From: Cetobacterium sp.
GTDB lineage: Bacteria > Fusobacteriota > Fusobacteriia > Fusobacteriales > Fusobacteriaceae
Length of the DNA: 64,000 nucleotides
Reading direction: 5' to 3'
Assembly: GCA_051654725.1 (NCBI GenBank)
Contig: JBOFYP010000073.1
Span: 4,199 to 68,198, forward strand
Below, in pieces: positions 1 to 9,469 of the stretch. The stretch's first letter is position 1; every line of letters begins with the position of its first letter. Position numbers and translations under genes: made by a program. A model generated the notes under the pieces. The model saw only the letters and a program-made list of their open reading frames with translations, ran no database searches and was not told the origin of the DNA.

Positions 1-580
1 TGTTGATTTTGATACTATAGATATAACAAATTTAAATAGACAAATAATCGCAACAAGAGATACAGTTGGGAAAGATAAAGTAGAGGTTATAAAAGAGAGA
101 GCTTTATCAATTAATCCAGATATAAAAATAAATGCATATAAAGAGAAATTTTTCAAAGATAAGAAAGACCTTTTCTTTTCAGCTGATAAAACGTATAGTT
201 ATATAATAGATGCGATAGATTTGGTTACTGCAAAATTGGACTTGATTCATATTGCTAAAGAATTAAAAATTCCAATAATTTCATCTATGGGAACAGGAAA
301 TAAGATTAATCCAATGATGCTCGAAATAGCAGATATAAGTAAAACATCTGTTTGTCCTTTAGCAAAAGTTATGAGGGGCGAGTTGAAAAAAAGAAGAATT
401 CAGAAATTAAAAGTACTTTTTTCTAGAGAGTTGCCTATGAAACCAAGAAGTCTTGATGGTAATAGAGAAAAGCAGAATAATGTTGGAAGTGTATCTTTTG
501 TGCCTTCAGTGGCGGGATTAATAATAGCAAGTGAGGTTATAAAAGATATAACAAATTTAAAAAATTGTGGAGGAAATTAA
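1..580 (+). CDS. tcdA: tRNA threonylcarbamoyladenosine dehydratase (ThiF/E1-like), 5' truncated by the window edge
   Basis: Frame is open from base 2 (VDFDTIDITNLNRQ) into the 221..580 ORF. Motifs DAID, SSMGTGNK, CPLAKVMR and GSVSFVPSVAGL are typical of TcdA. Confidence 0.88.
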   Translation, partial: VDFDTIDITNLNRQIIATRDTVGKDKVEVIKERALSINPDIKINAYKEKFFKDKKDLFFSADKTYSYIIDAIDLVTAKLDLIHIAKELKIPIISSMGTGNKINPMMLEIADISKTSVCPLAKVMRGELKKRRIQKLKVLFSRELPMKPRSLDGNREKQNNVGSVSFVPSVAGLIIASEVIKDITNLKNCGGN

Positions 581-1084
581 ATGAAAAAAATAGGAATTTT
601 TTATGGAACAACTTCTGGAATTACAGCTGGAATAGTAGATGAGATTGAGTTTTATTTAAAAAAAGTTGATTATGAAGTTTTTGATGTAGCAGATGGAATT
701 GACCAAATGTCTCAACTAGAAAACTTAATTTTAGTTTCACCAACTTATGGAGTAGGAGAACTACAAAAAAATTGGGAAAATGTTTATGAAGAGTTTAAAA
801 ATATAGATTTTAGTGGAAAAGTAGTTGGAATAGTTGGAGTTGGAAATCAATTTGCATTTGGGGAATCATATGTTGGTGCAATGAGAAAACTATATGATGT
901 TGTAGAGAAAAATAAAGGTAAAATTGTAGGATTTACTTCAACAGAGGGTTATAAATATGAAGAAACAGAAGCTGTGATTGATAATATGTTCATAGGATTA
1001 GCTTTAGATGAAAGCAATCAAGATAATGAAACACCTGATAGAATAAAAGCTTGGATAGAAGAGATAAAACCATTATTTAACTAG
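581..1084 (+). CDS. Long-chain flavodoxin
   Basis: IGIFYGTTSGIT FMN-phosphate loop, PTYGVGE, GVGNQ, GLALDE..Q...T.RI..W. Confidence 0.92.
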   Translation: MKKIGIFYGTTSGITAGIVDEIEFYLKKVDYEVFDVADGIDQMSQLENLILVSPTYGVGELQKNWENVYEEFKNIDFSGKVVGIVGVGNQFAFGESYVGAMRKLYDVVEKNKGKIVGFTSTEGYKYEETEAVIDNMFIGLALDESNQDNETPDRIKAWIEEIKPLFN

Positions 1085-1093
1085 GGAGATATT

Positions 1094-1387
1094 ATGAAAA
1101 ATTATAAAACATTAACTCAGAACGAAGTTAAAGAGCTAATAAAAGAAAAAGATGTGATTTTATTAGATGTGAGAACAGAGGATGAATATTCAGAAAAGCA
1201 TGTAGAAGGAGCATTAAATATTCCTTTATCTGAATTAGAGGAAAGAGTTTTAGAATTAGAAAAAGATAAAACATATATAACTTTTTGTAGAAGTGGAGTT
1301 AGATCAAAGGCAGCAATTTTGATACTTATTGATAAAGATTTTCAAAAAGTTTATAATTCAGCAGAGGGAATATCAACTTGGGTATAG
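1094..1387 (+). CDS. Single-domain rhodanese-like sulfurtransferase
   Basis: LLDVRT.DEY..HVEGALNIP and active-site loop CRSGVRS. Confidence 0.9.
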   Translation: MKNYKTLTQNEVKELIKEKDVILLDVRTEDEYSEKHVEGALNIPLSELEERVLELEKDKTYITFCRSGVRSKAAILILIDKDFQKVYNSAEGISTWV

Positions 1388-1393
1388 ATATTT

Positions 1394-1422
1394 AAAGGTG
1401 CATTCGTTTGCATCTTTTTTTT
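1394..1422 (+). terminator. Intrinsic terminator
   Basis: aaaggtgca-ttcgtt-tgcatcttt hairpin followed by a T run. Confidence 0.7.
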
Positions 1423-1436
1423 ATTATAATAAAATA

Positions 1437-1464
1437 TTGAAAATAAAACTTTTTGTAGTATAAT
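1437..1464 (+). promoter_or_regulatory. Sigma70-type promoter for the riboswitch/TonB receptor unit
   Basis: TTGAAA-16 nt-TATAAT immediately 5' of the riboswitch. Confidence 0.6.
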
Positions 1465-1470
1465 TATACT

Positions 1471-1645
1471 GTTATGGTTTTATAATTAAAAGGGAATTGA
1501 GTGAAAAGCTCGAACGGTCACGCCACTGTGTAGAGGATGAAAGCAGAAGAATCCACTGAATCATAAGATTTGGGAAGGACTGTTAGTAAAATGAATCTAA
1601 GTCAGGAGACCTGCCATAAAATTAAATCTGCGAGAGACAGAACAG
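1471..1645 (+). promoter_or_regulatory. Cobalamin (B12) riboswitch
   Basis: Conserved elements ATGGT, AAAAGGGAA, GAGTGAAAAGCTC T-loop, CGGTCACGCCACTGT, CCACTG, GGGAAGG and the B12 box AAGTCAGGAGACCTGCCAT. A P13-like hairpin tctg-cgagaga-caga follows. Confidence 0.95.
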
Positions 1646-1659
1646 GGGGATTAAGATTA

Positions 1660-3543
1660 ATGAACAAATTTTATTTAATTACAGGATTTATTATTGCAGC
1701 TACGTTAGCAAATGGACAGGAGCAGGTTATAAAACTAGATGAAAGTATTATAACAAGTGAAAACTCTGGTGCAACAATAGGAGATACTCCTAAAAATATC
1801 ACAATTTTAACAGGAGAAGAGATTACACAAAGAGGTGCTAAAACAGTAGCTGAAGCTTTAAGATTAGTATCAAATGTAACAGTAAAAGAGATGGGTGGAG
1901 CAGACGCTCAATTTGATATGAGAGGGCAAGGAGCAACTGCAAAGTCGAATGTAATTGTACTTGTGGATGGAGCACCAATAAACTCAATAGATTTATCTGG
2001 GTATAAAACAAGTTCGATACCAGTAGATAATATAGAGAGAATAGAGATAATTCCTTCTGGAGGAACAGTTTTATATGGAGATGGAGCTATTGGTGGAACA
2101 ATAAATATAGTGACTAAGATGCCAAAAGATAGATTGAATTATGGTTCTTTAAATAGTGAAATAGGTTCTTATGGGCTGAAAAAACAACAAGCTATTTACG
2201 GGACTAAGATAGGTGAAAAGTTATCACTAGAGTTGGATTATTTAAATAAAAAGAAAGATGGTTATAGAGATTTTGCAAAAGATAATTTAGAAAGTTTTGG
2301 GGTAAGAACAAGATATAAATTAGAAAATGGAGAGTTAAAATTTAAATATAACTATTCAAATACAGATTTCAAAGCTCCAGGGTCATTAACTAAAGATGAG
2401 GTTAATGAAGATAGAGATCAATCTAATCCTAATGTTTGGAGAGTTTTTGGAGAAACAGAAAAAAATAATTTTGTAGGTGATTATACTTATAATTTAAACA
2501 GAGATTTAGAGTTTAAACTATTAGGAACATATACTCATGAAAGATATTCATCAAATGGTAGTAATTATAAAACAAATATAAAATATTTAAAGCCGCAATT
2601 AAAATACACATATCTAGATGAGAGTTATGTTGTAGTGGGTGGAGATATCTATAAAGGAGAAACTAGAGATTTTTCTTATGGAAATGGAAAAGCTGAAAAA
2701 AATTCAATTGGTGGATTTTTAATAAATAGTTATTCGATTGATAAATTTAAGTTTACTCAAGGGTATAGAAGACAAAATATAGAGTATAATGGTCTAAAGA
2801 AAGATAGTACAAAGTATACAAAAAAATTCAAAGAAGATGCTCTAGAATTAACAGGAAGTTATTTATATTCAGATACAGGTTCTACATATCTGAGTTATTC
2901 AAAAGGGTTTAGATCACCGAATACTGATGAAATTCGTGCTTGGGAAGGGGAATATAAAACTCAAACAACAGAAACTTATGAAATTGGAGTAAAAGATTAT
3001 TTAGGTAATACATATATGTCGTCATCAATTTTCTACATAGAAACAGAAAATGAAATATTTTACGGAAAAAATTATTCAAATGATGAAAAAAGTAATAGAA
3101 ATTTAAATGGAACAACAACTAGAAAAGGTGCTGAAGTGTCATTAGAGCATTATTTCAATAAGTTAACAGTTTCAGAATCTGTAACTTATATGAAAACAGA
3201 GTTTAAAGAGGGTAAAGAGATTCCAGGAATTCCAAATTTAAAAGGAGTTCTGAATTTAAATTATAAATTTAATGAAAAGTTAAATTTAAATAACTCTTGG
3301 GAATATTATGGAAAGATGTATGCTAATGGAGATGAAGAAAATAAAGCTGGAAAAGTTGATAACTATGTTTTAAGTGGTTTATCATTATCTTATGATTTTA
3401 AAGATGGATTAATAGTTAGTACAGGTGTGAATAATCTATTTAATGAAAAATATTATGATTATGTAGGGTATGGAAGTAAAGGTATTAGTTATTATCCAGC
3501 AGCAGAAAGAAATTATTATTTAGCAGTAAAATATAGTTTTTAA
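1660..3543 (+). CDS. btuB: TonB-dependent outer-membrane receptor, probable cobalamin transporter (BtuB-like)
   Basis: Signal peptide, TonB-box-like LDESIITS, plug motifs (MRGQG, LVDGAPIN, IERIEIIP..LYGDGAIGGTINIVTK), NLFNEKY and C-terminal F. Start reassigned to ATG 1660 after the AGGGGGA RBS, because 1570 lies inside the riboswitch. Confidence 0.85.
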   Translation: MNKFYLITGFIIAATLANGQEQVIKLDESIITSENSGATIGDTPKNITILTGEEITQRGAKTVAEALRLVSNVTVKEMGGADAQFDMRGQGATAKSNVIVLVDGAPINSIDLSGYKTSSIPVDNIERIEIIPSGGTVLYGDGAIGGTINIVTKMPKDRLNYGSLNSEIGSYGLKKQQAIYGTKIGEKLSLELDYLNKKKDGYRDFAKDNLESFGVRTRYKLENGELKFKYNYSNTDFKAPGSLTKDEVNEDRDQSNPNVWRVFGETEKNNFVGDYTYNLNRDLEFKLLGTYTHERYSSNGSNYKTNIKYLKPQLKYTYLDESYVVVGGDIYKGETRDFSYGNGKAEKNSIGGFLINSYSIDKFKFTQGYRRQNIEYNGLKKDSTKYTKKFKEDALELTGSYLYSDTGSTYLSYSKGFRSPNTDEIRAWEGEYKTQTTETYEIGVKDYLGNTYMSSSIFYIETENEIFYGKNYSNDEKSNRNLNGTTTRKGAEVSLEHYFNKLTVSESVTYMKTEFKEGKEIPGIPNLKGVLNLNYKFNEKLNLNNSWEYYGKMYANGDEENKAGKVDNYVLSGLSLSYDFKDGLIVSTGVNNLFNEKYYDYVGYGSKGISYYPAAERNYYLAVKYSF

Positions 3544-3546
3544 ATA

Positions 3547-3584
3547 GAAAATGCTCTTTTCAAAATATGAAAAGAGCATTTTTC
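3547..3584 (+). terminator. Long inverted repeat between btuB and btuF (terminator or mRNA stabiliser)
   Basis: gaaaatgctcttttc-aaaatat-gaaaagagcattttt. Confidence 0.65.
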
Positions 3585-3610
3585 ATTAAAATATTTAAGG
3601 GAGTTAAAAA

Positions 3611-4474
3611 ATGAAAATAAGGTTAGCTATAATTTTATTATTTATACATGCAATGTGTTTTTCGAAAGTATTTATAGACGGAATGGGAAGAAGTGTAGAG
3701 ATACCCACTAAAATAGAACGAGTGATTTCAACAGTTCCATCTAATACAGAGATGATAATAGATATGAATTTAGTATCTCTCTTAATTGGAGTTGATACTT
3801 ATTCTGAAGAATTACATTCTGAGCTTGAAGGAAAAGGATTTTTTAAAACAGATAGCTTAAATGAGGAGAGAATAATAGAGATGATGCCAGATTTAGTAAT
3901 AGCATCACATCATAATTTAACTAAAAATAAAGCGAATTTGAAAATATTTGAAGAGATAGGAATACCAATTTATATTCTAAAAACACCAAAAACATTAGAA
4001 GAGATATCAGATTCAATACTTGAGATTGGGTTAATTTTGAATAGGAATGAAGAAGCAAAAGAGTTAAATAGATTGTATGTTCAAGAATTAAATTTATTAA
4101 AAATAAAAAATTCAGCTCAGAAAAAGAGAGTTTATTTTGAAATATCAAGTAATCCTTTTTATACAACAGGAAGTGAAACTTTTTTAAATGATGTTCTAGA
4201 AAGTGGAGGGGGAAAAAACATATTTAGTAGCAGCAAAGGCTGGATATCTCCAAGTATAGAGGTTATATTAGAAAGCAATCCAGAAGTTATATTTGTAAGT
4301 GAAGAGAGAAAAAAAACAATAGATGAGATATTAAACCGACCAGAATGGAAAGAAATTTCAGCAGTAAAAAACAATAGAGTTTACTCTATAGATGAAAGTA
4401 TAAGTCGTCCATCACCTAGAGTATTAAAATCATTAGAAGAGATTAAAAATAAACTAGTAGACGATAAAAAATAG
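3611..4474 (+). CDS. btuF: Periplasmic cobalamin/iron-chelate binding protein (BtuF-like)
   Basis: D.MGRSVEIP..IERVISTVPSNTE, E.II.M.PDLVI, NPEVIFV, I.AVKNNRVY, RPSPR. Lies downstream of the B12 riboswitch and receptor. Confidence 0.78.
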   Translation: MKIRLAIILLFIHAMCFSKVFIDGMGRSVEIPTKIERVISTVPSNTEMIIDMNLVSLLIGVDTYSEELHSELEGKGFFKTDSLNEERIIEMMPDLVIASHHNLTKNKANLKIFEEIGIPIYILKTPKTLEEISDSILEIGLILNRNEEAKELNRLYVQELNLLKIKNSAQKKRVYFEISSNPFYTTGSETFLNDVLESGGGKNIFSSSKGWISPSIEVILESNPEVIFVSEERKKTIDEILNRPEWKEISAVKNNRVYSIDESISRPSPRVLKSLEEIKNKLVDDKK

Positions 4475-4565
4475 TGTCATTAAAATCTCTTAAAATAGAT
4501 TTTTAAAAGATAAAAAATATGTTATACTCTATGTTATAGAACTTAATATTTTCGCGGGAGGGCAC

Positions 4566-5546
4566 ATGACACAAGGAAATTTAGAAATCGAAATAGATAA
4601 AGACATAGATAACACAACTTTGGAACAAGTAGAGGAAATAAAAGAAGAAGAGATAACATCTGATCCAAATAAACTTTACAATATTTTAGGAGTTATGTTT
4701 GAGACAACAAAAAAAAGATATAGCTTTGAAATTATAGATGATGTAAAGTATAAAAAAGGTGATAAAGTAATCGTAGATACAATTAGAGGTAAAGAGATAG
4801 GAATTGTTTATGGTGGACCTATGCAGTTGCCTGAAAGAGTGTTAGTATTACCTTTGAAGCCTGTTGTAAAAAAAGCTGAAGAGGAAGAGCTGAAAAAATA
4901 TGAAGCTCTACGTTTAGAAGGAAAAGAAGCTCGTAAAGTTTGTAAAGAGAGAATATCACATCACAAACTGCCTATGAAATTGATAGAAGCAGAATATACT
5001 TTTGATAAAACAAAACTTATTTTCTACTTTACAGCAGAGGGAAGAATAGATTTTAGAGATTTAGTAAAAGATTTAGCAAATATATTTAAACTTAGAATAG
5101 AACTTAGACAAATTGGTGTAAGAGATGAAGCTAGAATACTTGGAAACATTGGTGTATGTGGAAAAGAACTTTGTTGTAGAACATTTATAAATAAATTTGA
5201 TTCAGTTTCTATAAAAATGGCAAGAGACCAAGGATTAGTAATTAATCCAGCTAAAATATCAGGAGTATGTGGAAGACTTCTATGCTGTATAAACTATGAG
5301 TATAAACAGTATGAGGAAGCTTTAAAAGTTTATCCTGCTGTTAACCAATTAGTTAAAACAACAAAAGGTGACGGAAAAGTATTGAGTATAAGCCCTTTAA
5401 ATGGATTCCTATACATTGATATTGAAGGAAAAGGAATAATGAAAATTCTTATTGAAGAGATAAAGTTTAATAAGAAAGAAGCAAAAAAATTACAGAATGT
5501 TTTATCAAGAGAAGAGTTAAAACTTAAGTCTTTAGAAAAGGAGTAA
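4566..5546 (+). CDS. ricT: PSP1-domain Fe-S protein RicT/YaaT
   Basis: FYFTAEGRIDFRDLVKDLA, RIELRQIGVRDEA, CGKELCC, KMARDQ, SGVCGRLLCC. Confidence 0.9.
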   Translation: MTQGNLEIEIDKDIDNTTLEQVEEIKEEEITSDPNKLYNILGVMFETTKKRYSFEIIDDVKYKKGDKVIVDTIRGKEIGIVYGGPMQLPERVLVLPLKPVVKKAEEEELKKYEALRLEGKEARKVCKERISHHKLPMKLIEAEYTFDKTKLIFYFTAEGRIDFRDLVKDLANIFKLRIELRQIGVRDEARILGNIGVCGKELCCRTFINKFDSVSIKMARDQGLVINPAKISGVCGRLLCCINYEYKQYEEALKVYPAVNQLVKTTKGDGKVLSISPLNGFLYIDIEGKGIMKILIEEIKFNKKEAKKLQNVLSREELKLKSLEKE

Positions 5547-5556
5547 TATATAAATA

Positions 5557-6231
5557 ATGGTTTTAGAAAATGAAGATATAGCTAACATCTGTGAAGGTTA
5601 TACATTAATCCAAAAAAAAGATGGATTTAGATTTGGGACTGATGCAGTTTTATTGGCAAACTTTTTTAATGGAAAAAAAAATGCTAAAGTACTAGAGATT
5701 GGAACTGGAAACGGAATAATACCAGTACTTTTGTGCTCTCAGGATAAAGTAACTAAAATAAAAGCTGTTGAAATTCAACCAGAGATAGCAGAGTTAGCAA
5801 TTAGAAATGTAAAAAGAAATAATTTAGAAGATAGAATAGAAGTCGTTAATCTAGATATAAAAAAAATAACAGAAGGTAATACATATGATTATATAATTTC
5901 AAATCCACCTTATATGGTTTTAGATGGAAAAGAAGTTAATGAAAAAGATATAAAAAGTATTGCTAGACATGAAATAAAACTTAATTTAAGAGAGTTTGTA
6001 GAGAATGCAAAAAGGTTATTGAAGCCTAGAGGTGAACTTTTTATGGTTCATAAAAGTTACAGATTTTTAGAGATATCAGAAGAACTTCAAAAAATAGGTT
6101 TCTCTGTAAAAAGAGTTAAGTTTGTACACTACTCTAAAGATAAAGATTCAAGTATAGTTTTGATAGAAGCAAGTAAGGGGAGAAAAAATATATTGAAAAT
6201 AGAAACTCCTATTTTTTTGAACAATAATTAG
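5557..6231 (+). CDS. tRNA1(Val) adenine(37)-N6-methyltransferase family (YabB/TrmN6)
   Basis: FRFGTDAVLLA, LEIGTGNG SAM motif, NPPY, ARHE. Confidence 0.88.
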   Translation: MVLENEDIANICEGYTLIQKKDGFRFGTDAVLLANFFNGKKNAKVLEIGTGNGIIPVLLCSQDKVTKIKAVEIQPEIAELAIRNVKRNNLEDRIEVVNLDIKKITEGNTYDYIISNPPYMVLDGKEVNEKDIKSIARHEIKLNLREFVENAKRLLKPRGELFMVHKSYRFLEISEELQKIGFSVKRVKFVHYSKDKDSSIVLIEASKGRKNILKIETPIFLNNN

Positions 6232-6242
6232 AGATACTTTAT

Positions 6243-6269
6243 GGGAGAGGAGTTACCTCTCCCTATTTT
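6243..6269 (+). terminator. Hairpin/intrinsic terminator before uvrB
   Basis: gggagagg-agtta-cctctccc followed by tatttt. Confidence 0.6.
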
Positions 6270-6286
6270 AATGGAGGTGAAAAATT

Positions 6287-8260
6287 ATGTTTCAAATTGT
6301 TTCTAAATATTCTCCTACTGGAGATCAGCCAGAAGCTATAAAAAAGTTGGTCCAAGGATTGAAAAATGGAGTTAAAGATCAAACTCTTTTAGGTGTTACA
6401 GGTTCTGGAAAAACATTTACTATAGCAAACGTTATAAAAGAGAGCGGAAGACCAGCTTTAATTTTAGCACCAAATAAAACTTTGGCAGCTCAATTATTTT
6501 CTGAATACAGAAGTTTTTTTCCAGAAAATGCAGTAGAGTATTTTGTATCTTATTATGATTACTATCAACCAGAAGCTTATATAGCATCAACAGATACATA
6601 TATAGAGAAAGATTCATCAATAAATGATGAGATAGATAAATTTAGAAATGCAGCAACAGCTGCTTTAATAAATAGAAAAGATGTTATAATAGTTGCATCA
6701 GTTTCAGCAATATATGGATTGGGGTCACCAGAAACATATAAAAAATTAACAATTACAATTGATAGAAAAACAGGATATAGTAGAAAAAAATTGATATCAA
6801 AGTTAATAGAACTGAGATATGAAAGAAATGATACTAGTTTTGAAAGAGGTAAATTTAGAGTTAAGGGTGATGTAATAGATATATACCCATCTTATACTGA
6901 AACAGGTTATAGAATAGAGTTTTGGGGTGATGATATAGAAGAGATATCTGAGATAAATACTCTAACAGGTCAAAAAATAAAAAAGAAAATAGAGCGTATA
7001 GCAATCTCGCCAGCAACTCACTATGTAACAGAAGAGTCGGAGCAAGAAGAAATTGTTCAAAATATAAAAAAAGATTTAAAACTAGAGATAAAAGAGTTTG
7101 AAGAAAAAGGCAAACTATTAGAAGCACAAAGATTGAAACAGAGAACAGAATATGACTTAGAGATGATAAGAGAGATTGGATATTGTAAAGGAATTGAAAA
7201 TTATTCGAGATATTTAACTAAAAAAAAACCAGGTGATAAACCAGATACATTAATGGATTATTTTCAGGATGATTTTGTAGTTTATATAGATGAATCACAT
7301 ATAGGGGTACCTCAAATTCGAGGGATGTATAATGGTGATAAATCTAGAAAGACATCTCTTGTAGAAAATGGTTTTAGAGTGAAATCAGCTCTAGATAATA
7401 GACCTTTAACATTTGAAGAGTTTAGAGAAAATTGTAAACAAACAATATTTATTTCAGCTACTCCTGGAGATTTTGAAATTGAAAAATCAGAAAATAATTT
7501 AGCGGAACAATTGGTTAGACCAACAGGAATTTTAGAACCAGAAATAAAAGTCAAAAAAACCAAAAATCAAGTGGATGATTTATTAGACGAAATAAGAAAA
7601 AATACTCTAAAAAAAGAAAGGGTTCTTGTAACAACATTGACAAAAAAAATGGCAGAGGAATTGGCTGAATATTATAGTAATTTAGGTGTAAAAGTTAAAT
7701 ATATGCATTCTGAAATTGAAACATTGGAAAGAATCGAAATTATAAAAGAGTTGAGAAAAGGTGAATTTGATGTTTTGATTGGTATAAATTTATTGAGAGA
7801 GGGTTTAGATATACCAGAAGTTTCATTAGTAGCGATATTAGAAGCGGATAAAGAGGGTTTTTTGAGAAGTAAGAGGTCTCTTGTTCAAACAATAGGTAGA
7901 GCGGCTAGAAATGTTAATGGTAGAGTTATATTATATGGTGATAAAATTACAGATTCAATGAAATATGCAATAGATGAAACAAATAGAAGAAGAAGAAAAC
8001 AAAAAAAATACAATTTATTAAATGGAATTGAACCTAAAACTATATTACGAGAGGTTTCAGAATCACCTTTCACTTGGAATACCGAAGAGGATAAAAATAA
8101 AGTCAGCTCTAAAAAATTTACGAGTAAACAAGAGATTGAAAAAGAGATTCAGCTATTATTAAAAGAGATAAAAAAATTATCAGAAGAGCTAAATTTTGAA
8201 AAAGCTATAGAAAAAAGAGATGAGATGAATAAATTAAAACTTATATTACTAGAGCTATAG
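6287..8260 (+). CDS. uvrB: Excinuclease ABC subunit B
   Basis: GVTGSGKT, YYDYYQPEAY, DESH, SATPG, GINLLREGLD, C-terminal UVR coiled coil. Confidence 0.98.
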   Translation: MFQIVSKYSPTGDQPEAIKKLVQGLKNGVKDQTLLGVTGSGKTFTIANVIKESGRPALILAPNKTLAAQLFSEYRSFFPENAVEYFVSYYDYYQPEAYIASTDTYIEKDSSINDEIDKFRNAATAALINRKDVIIVASVSAIYGLGSPETYKKLTITIDRKTGYSRKKLISKLIELRYERNDTSFERGKFRVKGDVIDIYPSYTETGYRIEFWGDDIEEISEINTLTGQKIKKKIERIAISPATHYVTEESEQEEIVQNIKKDLKLEIKEFEEKGKLLEAQRLKQRTEYDLEMIREIGYCKGIENYSRYLTKKKPGDKPDTLMDYFQDDFVVYIDESHIGVPQIRGMYNGDKSRKTSLVENGFRVKSALDNRPLTFEEFRENCKQTIFISATPGDFEIEKSENNLAEQLVRPTGILEPEIKVKKTKNQVDDLLDEIRKNTLKKERVLVTTLTKKMAEELAEYYSNLGVKVKYMHSEIETLERIEIIKELRKGEFDVLIGINLLREGLDIPEVSLVAILEADKEGFLRSKRSLVQTIGRAARNVNGRVILYGDKITDSMKYAIDETNRRRRKQKKYNLLNGIEPKTILREVSESPFTWNTEEDKNKVSSKKFTSKQEIEKEIQLLLKEIKKLSEELNFEKAIEKRDEMNKLKLILLEL

Positions 8261-8269
8261 GAGTGTTGA

Positions 8270-9469
8270 ATGGAAGATAAAATTTATAGTGTTACAGAAT
8301 TTAATAAAATGGTAAAATATAATATTGATGAAAATCCAAATTTTAGAGAGTTTTTTTTAGAGGGAGAGTTATCAGGTGTAACTTATTATAAAAGTGGTCA
8401 TCTATATTTCACATTAAAAGACAAAACGAGTCAGATAAAATGTGCTGCATTTAATTATAAATTTAAAAAAATATCTGAAAATTTGAAAGAGGGAGATTCT
8501 GTAAAAGTATTTGGAGATGTAGGGTTTTATGAAACAAGAGGTGATTTTCAAATTCTTATAAGACATATTCAAAAAGAAGATAAACTTGGAGAGATGTATG
8601 AGAAATTGGAAAAATTAAAAATTAAATTAGAAAAAGAGGGATTATTCTCTGAACTGTTTAAAACTCCTCTACCGAAATACCCAACATCTATAGGAGTAGT
8701 AACAGCTTATACAGGAGCAGCTTTTCATGATATAATAAATACGACTAGAAAAAGATATAAAAATATAGATATTTATATCTACTCAGCAAAAGTTCAAGGA
8801 TTAGGTGCAAAAGAGGAAATTGTAAAAGGTATAGAGACGTTAAATAAAATTAAAGAGATAGATTTAATAATAGCTGGACGTGGTGGAGGAAGTGTTGAAG
8901 ATTTATGGGCATTCAACGAAGAGGAAGTAGCGAGAGCTTTTTCTCAGAGTGAAAAACCTATTATTTCAGCAGTAGGTCATGAAATTGATAATTTACTTTC
9001 AGATTTAGTAGCTGATGTAAGAGCCTCAACTCCTACTCAAGCAATAGAGATAGCGATTCCTGTTAAATCAGAAATAGAAAATAGATTATCAGAAAAAGAG
9101 ATTAGATTAAAAAATGCTATAAATAGAGTAATATCTAAAAATAGAGATGAGTTACAAAAGATAGAGAATAGTTATTCTATTAGAAATTTTTATAAATTAA
9201 TCGAAGAGAAAAATAGAATTTTAGTTTTAAAAGAAGAGCGCTTAAAAGAGGTTTTAAAAAAAGATTTGAATGTAAAGAATCATGAATTAGAGATTAGAAT
9301 TCAAAAAATAATAGGATTAAACCCTTTAGGAACTTTAAAAAGAGGATATAGTATAACTAAAAAGAATACTTTTGTAATAAAAAATAGTTCTGAAGTAAAA
9401 GTAGGAGATAAGTTGGAAACAACTTTAGAGTTTGGAAAAATAATTAGTGAAGTAAAGGAGATTTTTTAA
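8270..9469 (+). CDS. xseA: Exodeoxyribonuclease VII large subunit
   Basis: SGHLYFTLKD, RGGGSVEDLWAFN, SAVGHEID, TPT, RGYS. Confidence 0.96.
   Translation: MEDKIYSVTEFNKMVKYNIDENPNFREFFLEGELSGVTYYKSGHLYFTLKDKTSQIKCAAFNYKFKKISENLKEGDSVKVFGDVGFYETRGDFQILIRHIQKEDKLGEMYEKLEKLKIKLEKEGLFSELFKTPLPKYPTSIGVVTAYTGAAFHDIINTTRKRYKNIDIYIYSAKVQGLGAKEEIVKGIETLNKIKEIDLIIAGRGGGSVEDLWAFNEEEVARAFSQSEKPIISAVGHEIDNLLSDLVADVRASTPTQAIEIAIPVKSEIENRLSEKEIRLKNAINRVISKNRDELQKIENSYSIRNFYKLIEEKNRILVLKEERLKEVLKKDLNVKNHELEIRIQKIIGLNPLGTLKRGYSITKKNTFVIKNSSEVKVGDKLETTLEFGKIISEVKEIF

Noticed and set aside
1570-1659. ORF-track N-terminal extension of the TonB receptor
   Set aside because: It overlaps the riboswitch. The RBS and signal peptide fit ATG 1660.
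8270-9469. xseA without an adjacent xseB
   Set aside because: The two subunits are frequently unlinked, so this is uninformative without the rest of the genome.
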